Positions 18,247-18,552 of a stretch of 18,552 nt of DNA are shown here, one piece after another (within the stretch, counting starts at the first letter, position 1; each line of letters begins with the position of its first letter). A program made the position numbers and the translations under genes. The stretch is from Paramicrosporidium saccamoebae KSL3 (taxonomy: Eukaryota; Fungi; Cryptomycota): NCBI GenBank assembly GCA_002794465.1, contig MTSL01000115.1, positions 2,066 through 20,617 of the forward strand. Direction: 5' to 3'. Under the pieces are notes generated by a model, which did no database searches, was not told where the DNA came from, and worked only from the letters and a program-made list of their open reading frames with translations.

Positions 18247-18552
18247 TCAGCGGATTGGATTGCGCTCAATGACGGGGGACAGAAGCGAATCGAGATTTAC
18301 GGCGCACATTTGAAACCATTTGTGGTGGTTCTCGGGACAACGTTCGAGGGCAATTTCAGAGAGATCGGTGGCTTCAGCAACGATCCGTGAAGAAATGCCG
18401 GCAATGAGGTTGGAATCGTGGGGAGGGGACAGAGTGGCAACAAGTTCTTCAGTAACGATGGAAACCATTTCGGCTCGACGATACAGTTCATCAATGACAA
18501 AGAAATCGTCTTCCCGCAATTGCGAAATGCATCGGACGCGCACCTTTCGGAG
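18247..18552 (-). CDS. 3' end of a gene running off the window; GCIP/CCNDBP1 (Grap2 and cyclin D-interacting)-like C-terminal domain
   Basis: The frame is open to the window edge. IDELYRRAEMVSIVTEELVATLSPP...HHKWFQMC resembles the remembered GCIP C-terminal pattern LDDxxxxxxxISPSVDDLxxSIYPP...W. Confidence 0.5.
   Translation of the reverse strand, partial: LRKVRVRCISQLREDDFFVIDELYRRAEMVSIVTEELVATLSPPHDSNLIAGISSRIVAEATDLSEIALERCPENHHKWFQMCAVNLDSLLSPVIERNPIR

Overview
Compact, intron-containing eukaryotic (fungal-type) DNA. Eight introns can be reconstructed, all only 29-36 nt. Mitochondrial genes (mS23/Rsm25, Etr1/MECR) are retained, which suggests an early-diverging, genome-reduced fungus or Rozellomycota-type parasite rather than a canonical microsporidian (inference, no database search). 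Left to right: a decayed Ty3/Gypsy pol relic (RT + RNase H, ~576-1905, +); a Tea4/Bud14-like SH3 + PP1-motif + RA protein; a PAS/PIM-type kinase; mS23; an orphan gene; an orphan secreted protein; Etr1; tRNA-Asn(GTT) and tRNA-Thr(CGT) 9 nt apart; a spliced 52-aa membrane microprotein; a dienelactone hydrolase; a head-to-tail array of four intronless paralogues (11825-17804); and the 3' end of a GCIP/CCNDBP1-like gene. The array is the most interesting part. Each member has a signal peptide, a basic NLS-like module (a clear bipartite motif in three members, degenerate in the first), a variable middle and a conserved ~60-aa C-terminal domain I do not recognise. Each also has a conserved upstream cassette containing a short uORF. 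This architecture fits a lineage-specific family of secreted, host-nucleus-targeted effectors. A ~200-bp dispersed repeat with TG...CA ends occurs twice, plus one partial copy. All product calls rest on motifs recognised by eye.
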